Source: Armatimonadota bacterium
Lineage (GTDB): Bacteria > Sysuimicrobiota > Sysuimicrobiia > Sysuimicrobiales > Kaftiobacteriaceae
Assembly (NCBI GenBank): GCA_037440005.1
Contig: JBBIUY010000036.1
Coordinates: forward strand, 1 to 30,956
Length of the DNA stretch: 30,956 nucleotides
Direction: 5' to 3'
Below are positions 26,698 to 30,956 of the stretch, piece by piece. Position numbers and translations under genes: made by a program. Position 1 is the stretch's first letter. Every line of letters begins with the position of its first letter. A model generated the notes under the pieces. It saw only the letters and a program-made list of their open reading frames with translations. It did no database searches and was not told the DNA's origin.

Positions 26698-26711
26698 CGA
26701 ACAAGCGTTCG
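26698..26711. promoter_or_regulatory. LexA SOS box of the GAAC-N4-GTTC (Cheo-box) type upstream of the mrfA-like gene
   Basis: CGAAC-AAGC-GTTCG palindrome 47-60 bp upstream of the helicase start, next to a CATACT -10-like hexamer on the minus strand (26690-26695). Confidence 0.75.
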
Positions 26712-26865
26712 CCACACTGCCTGCCTTTCCCTTCCGCCCCAATCCGGCGGGTACGGGGGCCCCCGGTCCTGCAAGATTTTCGGCCACGCTCCATCCGGGG
26801 GACGGAGGAGGTTCACCGAGCACGCCAAAACCCTACACGAATCCGTCGCAGCGGAGGTGGGGGGA

Positions 26866-27324
26866 ATGCGAAGGGTCGGAGTCCTGCTGGGAGTTGTGGC
26901 GGTGGTGGTCCTGCTGGGCCCGGCGGCGGCCGCGCCCAAGCAGCGGGTGACCATCACCCTGACCGAGTTCAAGTTCACCCCGGCGTCGGTCACCTTGCAG
27001 GCGGGCGTCCCGGCCGTGATCACGCTGGTCAACAAGGGCACCGTTAAACATGAATTCATGGTGTACACCCGCCCCGCCCGGGCGGTGGAGGAGTGGGACG
27101 AGTACGCCATGGCCAACACCTACTTCCAGGGGATCGACGAGGTGGAGGTGGAGTTTGCCAAGCAGGGGGCCGTGGCCGGCACCAACCTGTTTGAGGTGGA
27201 GGTGCAGCCCAACCGCACCGCCACTTTGTCCTTCACCCCGACCAAGAAGGGCACCTTCGAGATGGGTTGCCACGTGGAGGGACACTACGAGGCGGGGATG
27301 AAGGGAACCCTGACGGTGAAGTAG
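26866..27324 (+). CDS. Secreted cupredoxin (plastocyanin/azurin-like, type 1 copper protein)
   Basis: Signal peptide, EFKFTP, NKGTVKHEF and C-terminal C-HVEG-H-YEAG-M-KG copper ligand loop. Confidence 0.88.
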   Translation: MRRVGVLLGVVAVVVLLGPAAAAPKQRVTITLTEFKFTPASVTLQAGVPAVITLVNKGTVKHEFMVYTRPARAVEEWDEYAMANTYFQGIDEVEVEFAKQGAVAGTNLFEVEVQPNRTATLSFTPTKKGTFEMGCHVEGHYEAGMKGTLTVK

Positions 27325-27344
27325 ACGCAGGATCGCTGTGAGGG

Positions 27345-27374
27345 GCGCGCCGCCGGGCGGACCCGGCGGCGCGC
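27345..27374 (+). terminator. GC-rich 13-bp hairpin downstream of the cupredoxin gene (possible terminator or stabiliser)
   Basis: gcgcgccgccggg-cgga-cccggcggcgcgc; no clear U-tract. Confidence 0.45.
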
Positions 27375-27385
27375 TCCGCGCTCTC

Positions 27386-28306
27386 ATGGACGGGCCCGCT
27401 CCCGTGATGCTGGCCGGCCGTCCGGTGGCCCCGCTGGCCCTGGGAACCTGGCAGTGGGGCGACCGGTTTGTGTGGGGGTACGGCCGGGGCTACACCGACC
27501 GCGACCTGCGAGACGCATTCCAGGCCAGCGTTGCCGCCGGCGTCGGCGTGGTGGACACCGCCGAGGTCTACGGCCTGGGCTACGCGGAACGGCTGCTGGG
27601 CGCGCTCGCCCGGGAGACCGGCGCTCCGCTCGTGATAGTCACCAAGTGCTTTCCCTTTCCCTGGCGCATCGGGCGGTGGGGCCTGCGGCTGGCGCTGGCC
27701 CGCAGCCTGCGCCGCCTGGGCATGCCGGCGGTGGACGTGTACATGATGCACTGGCCCTTCGGTCCCGTGGCCATCGAGACGTGGATGGATGCCATGGCGG
27801 ACGCGGTGGAGGCCGGGCTCGTGCGCGCCGTCGGCGTCTCCAACTACTCCGTGGCCCAGATGCGGCGGGCGCAGGCGGCGCTGGCCCGCCGGGGAGTCCG
27901 GCTGGCCTGCGTCCAGGTCAAGCTGAACCTGCTGGAGCGCGACGCCCTGCGTTCGGGACTGGTGGAGACCTGCCTGGCCGAGGGCATCGCCGTCATGGCC
28001 TACAGTCCCCTGGCCATGGGGGTGCTCACCGGCACCTACACCCCCGACCGCCCGCCCCCGGGATGGCGGGGCCGGCGGTATGCGCCCCTGCTCGCGCGCG
28101 CCCGGCCGCTGGTGGACGTGGTCCGGGAGATCGCGTCCTCCCGCGGCGTGTCCATGGCTCAGGTCGCCCTGGCGTGGGTCATGGCCAAGGGGGCCATCGC
28201 CGTCGCGGGCGCCAAGACCGGGCGCCAGGCGGCCGACAACGCACAGGCGCTGCGGTGGTCGCTGCGGCCCGACGAGGTCCGGGTGCTGGACGACGCGTGG
28301 GCGTGA
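27386..28306 (+). CDS. Aldo/keto reductase
   Basis: LGTWQWG, DTAEVYG, TK, HWP, GVSNY, AYSPLAMG and QVALAW. Start uncertain (27386 or 27407). Confidence 0.9.
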   Translation: MDGPAPVMLAGRPVAPLALGTWQWGDRFVWGYGRGYTDRDLRDAFQASVAAGVGVVDTAEVYGLGYAERLLGALARETGAPLVIVTKCFPFPWRIGRWGLRLALARSLRRLGMPAVDVYMMHWPFGPVAIETWMDAMADAVEAGLVRAVGVSNYSVAQMRRAQAALARRGVRLACVQVKLNLLERDALRSGLVETCLAEGIAVMAYSPLAMGVLTGTYTPDRPPPGWRGRRYAPLLARARPLVDVVREIASSRGVSMAQVALAWVMAKGAIAVAGAKTGRQAADNAQALRWSLRPDEVRVLDDAWA

Positions 28307-28376
28307 GGGGGACCGGGCGGGGAGGAGGCGGCCGGGCGCGGGGTCTGCCAGGCCGGGGCGGCGGGTGAGGCGTCGT

Positions 28377-29171
28377 CTACTCGTCCCGCAGCAGGGCGTC
28401 GATGAGGTTCTGCTTGGAGAAGTGACCGAGGGTCACCAGCCGGAAGGCGCCCTCGGATCCCAGCAGCGCCCGGCGGATCTCCGCCGGCGTCCGGCCCAAC
28501 CGGCGGAGGTCCCGGGCCTGGTCCCGCAGGCGCTCCCAGAAGTCCAGCTTGCGCTGCAGGGCGGCCCGGCCGTCAGGGACGACCTTCCCGCTGGCGCAGA
28601 ACACGGTGGTGACCGGCAGGTCCAGGACCCGCCGCAGGGAGGCGATGATCTGGTGGGGGTTCTCGTCGCGGCGGAGCACTTTGACGTATGGACTCAAGAA
28701 CAAGTCGCCGCTGAACAACCAGCCGTGGCGCTCCTCGAACAGGCAGATGTGGTCGGGGCTGTGCCCGGGCGTGTGCAGCACCCGCAGGCGCAGCCGGGGG
28801 GTGGCGATCTCGGCGGGGGCGGGCGCGGCGTCGGAGGGCGGCTGCCGGCCCCACACCGCCCGCTGGTACACGTACTGGCGGGGAGGGTGCCGCAGCAGCG
28901 GGAGGGCCAGCGGGTGGGCCAGCGGCTGCAGCCCCCGGGCGGCCAGCAGGGGGCTGTTGCCGGCGTGGTCCTCGTGGGCGTGGGTGAGGATCACGCTGCT
29001 GAGGGGCAGCCCCGCCACCGCCCGGGCGAATTCCCGCGCCACGGCGGGAGGGCCGGTATCCACCAGCAGCCCGTCCGCGTAGTAGGCGGCCACCAGGTAC
29101 AGCGGCTGGCCCAGGACGATGCGGCCCATGGTGAACTGGACGACGTCGCCGATACGCCTGACGCGGACCAC
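28377..29171 (-). CDS. Metallo-beta-lactamase-fold hydrolase
   Basis: LLVDTG, THAHEDHAG, HTPGHSPDH and LFSGDLF. GTG at 29171 with GGAGGAG SD. Confidence 0.9.
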   Translation of the reverse strand: MVRVRRIGDVVQFTMGRIVLGQPLYLVAAYYADGLLVDTGPPAVAREFARAVAGLPLSSVILTHAHEDHAGNSPLLAARGLQPLAHPLALPLLRHPPRQYVYQRAVWGRQPPSDAAPAPAEIATPRLRLRVLHTPGHSPDHICLFEERHGWLFSGDLFLSPYVKVLRRDENPHQIIASLRRVLDLPVTTVFCASGKVVPDGRAALQRKLDFWERLRDQARDLRRLGRTPAEIRRALLGSEGAFRLVTLGHFSKQNLIDALLRDE

Positions 29172-29344
29172 GGCTGCTCCTCCGGAGGACCCGTCACGCC
29201 GCCTCCTGCCCGTGTTCGCAGCGGGAGGGAAGAGCCCTGCACCGGGTGGAAATCGTCCCCGGCCCGTGCGGGAATCCGGCGGCCGGTGTCCCCGGCCGCC
29301 GGCCTCGGACACAGGGCAGGAGGCCGTCGGGCGAGGTGACGGTG

Positions 29345-29803
29345 ATGGATCCTCTGGTGGCGTCCCTGCGCCAGATGCTGGACCAGCTCCACGACGACAT
29401 CTACCGGGCCGTGGACCCCCTCGGCGACGAGGCGATCAACTGGGCCCATCCCCACCTGTCCAACACCATCGGCATCCTGCTGCGGCACATCGCCGGCTCG
29501 GAGCGCTACTGGGTCGTGGAGGTGGCCGGCGGCCGTCCGGTACACCGGGACCGGGCCTCGGAGTTCGTCCGGGAGCGCCTGGTCAAGGCGGAGCTGCTGA
29601 CGGGCTTGCGGGCCGCCCACGCCGAGGTGCAGGAGGTCCTGGGGGGTCTGGGCGCCGCCGACCTGGCGTCGGAGGTGGAGATCGACTTCCGGGGTGCCCG
29701 CCGGCGCGTCACCCGCGGGTGGGCGGTGCTGCAGGCGGTGCAGCACACCGCCTACCACCTGGGCCAGATACGGCTGTTCGCCAGGATGGCGACCGCCGGC
29801 TAG
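29345..29803 (+). CDS. DinB/YfiT superfamily protein
   Basis: NTIGILLRHIAGSERYW and QHTAYHLGQI metal-binding His motifs; SD GAGGTG. Confidence 0.85.
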   Translation: MDPLVASLRQMLDQLHDDIYRAVDPLGDEAINWAHPHLSNTIGILLRHIAGSERYWVVEVAGGRPVHRDRASEFVRERLVKAELLTGLRAAHAEVQEVLGGLGAADLASEVEIDFRGARRRVTRGWAVLQAVQHTAYHLGQIRLFARMATAG

Positions 29804-30956
29804 GGTCCGCTTCCGGCGGCCGGTCGGGCGGCCTGGGTGGCCCGTGCGGCCGAGGGGTCGGGCAGGAAGGTCGCCTGCAGGTAGCGGTTGGAGGGGTTCC
29901 ACAGGTACCAGCCCCAGGTCAGCCCGGCGTCGGCGACGGCGTCCATCTGCCGGCGGATCACCGGGGGCGGGTAGGGCGCGCCCAGGTCGAACCCCTGCAG
30001 CCACGGCCGGATGCGGGCCAGGGCGGGTCCGTTGCTGCGGGCCGTCTGCGGGCCCAGGGCGGCGGCCAGGGCGTCGCGGCGGCGCTGGGAGCTGAGCAGG
30101 GAGTAGTGGACCACCTGGTACGGGTGTGCGGCGGGGTTGGCTAGCCCCAAAAAGCCCCGGGCGTAGTGGGACGGGTACACCATGGGCGAGACGTAGTCGA
30201 AGTAGGGGAGGGCGTCCTCGAGGACCTGCCCGACGCCCAGGTCGTCCGGCCTCACGGTGACCAGCCCGAACAGGTCCACCGACAGGACCGCGCCGGTGGG
30301 GCGTAGGGCGGCGGTGAGGTATCCAAAAAACCTGCGCAGGACCTGCCGGCGCTCCTCGGCCAGCGGGTCGTACACCGGGTAGCGCACAGACCGCAGGTCT
30401 CCGTCGGAGGGAAACCGGATGTAGTCGAAGTTCAGCTCGTCCACTCCCGCCCGCGCCGCCTCCCGCCCGATCTCCACCAGGTAGTCCCACACCTCCCGGG
30501 AGGCCGGATCCACCCACCCCAGCCCCTTGCGGTCGCGCCAGACGCGCCCCCGCCCGTCCCGCACCGCCAGGTCCGGCCGCACGCGGAGCAGGTGCTGGTC
30601 CTGGAACGCCGCGATGCGCACCGCCACGTAGGCGCCCTCGGCGTGGAACAGGCGCACCAGCGCGTGCAGGTCGTAGACGGGCCGCTCGGCGCCCAGCGCC
30701 TCGATGAGCGGGCTGCGGGTGTCGAAGGCCACCACGCCGGAGTACTCCTTGACGTCGATGACGACCCCGTTGAGCTCGGTGGACCGGATCAGCGCCAGCA
30801 CCTCCCGCACCCGGGCCGGGCTGGCCGCGCTCCACGCCGTCAGGTACACGGCCCGCACGTCCCCGCGGTTGCGGGGCAGGACGGGAGGTGGCGGCGGGGG
30901 CGTGAGGCGCTCGGCGCGGTGCAGCCCCGTCGCCGGGCGGGCGGCGGGCCCGGCGG
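29800..30956 (-). CDS. Putative glycoside hydrolase, DUF4015-like (5' end lies outside the window)
   Basis: RAVYLT, LNGVVIDVK, WVDP, GVDELNFDYIRFP, SPMVYPSHY and RPWLQGF. The frame stays open past 30858 through a six-Pro linker to the window edge. Confidence 0.82.
   Translation of the reverse strand, partial: AGPAARPATGLHRAERLTPPPPPPVLPRNRGDVRAVYLTAWSAASPARVREVLALIRSTELNGVVIDVKEYSGVVAFDTRSPLIEALGAERPVYDLHALVRLFHAEGAYVAVRIAAFQDQHLLRVRPDLAVRDGRGRVWRDRKGLGWVDPASREVWDYLVEIGREAARAGVDELNFDYIRFPSDGDLRSVRYPVYDPLAEERRQVLRRFFGYLTAALRPTGAVLSVDLFGLVTVRPDDLGVGQVLEDALPYFDYVSPMVYPSHYARGFLGLANPAAHPYQVVHYSLLSSQRRRDALAAALGPQTARSNGPALARIRPWLQGFDLGAPYPPPVIRRQMDAVADAGLTWGWYLWNPSNRYLQATFLPDPSAARATQAARPAAGSGP

Noticed and set aside
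28307..28376. G-run-rich convergent intergenic region, possible G-quadruplex or terminator
   Set aside because: G-runs are common at this GC content and there is no clean stem or U-tract.
29345..29803. DinB-family gene as part of the SOS response
   Set aside because: It belongs to the DinB/YfiT helical superfamily rather than DNA polymerase IV, and I saw no complete GAAC-N4-GTTC box upstream.

Overview
Very GC-rich bacterial chromosomal window with about 27 protein-coding genes. I found no rRNA, tRNA, CRISPR array or transposase. From left to right it holds: a small RHH-DUF5678 / retropepsin-like protease gene pair; an ICMT-family membrane methyltransferase; a start-less C-terminal remnant of a sugar ABC permease; a small HExxH zincin-like protein with a D-amino-acid dehydrogenase-like gene; a long minus-strand catabolic block (Opp/Dpp ABC transporter, hydantoinase/oxoprolinase A and B, TAXI-TRAP transporter); a plus-strand block (secreted beta-propeller, agmatinase-like ureohydrolase, NitT/TauT-type ABC transporter); a minus-strand DNA-repair-like operon; then a cupredoxin, an aldo/keto reductase, an MBL-fold hydrolase, a DinB-family protein and a partial DUF4015 glycoside hydrolase. 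The most interesting feature is the repair-like operon. A perfect GAAC-N4-GTTC LexA-type box precedes an MrfA/YprA-like DUF1998 helicase and an MrfB/YprB-like DEDDh exonuclease. These are tightly followed by a 437-aa protein made of two tandem Cas4-like PD-(D/E)xK domains, one apparently active and one catalytically degenerate, each ending in an unusual C-x6/7-C-x5-C-G-C motif. All family calls come from motif recognition by eye, not database searches.
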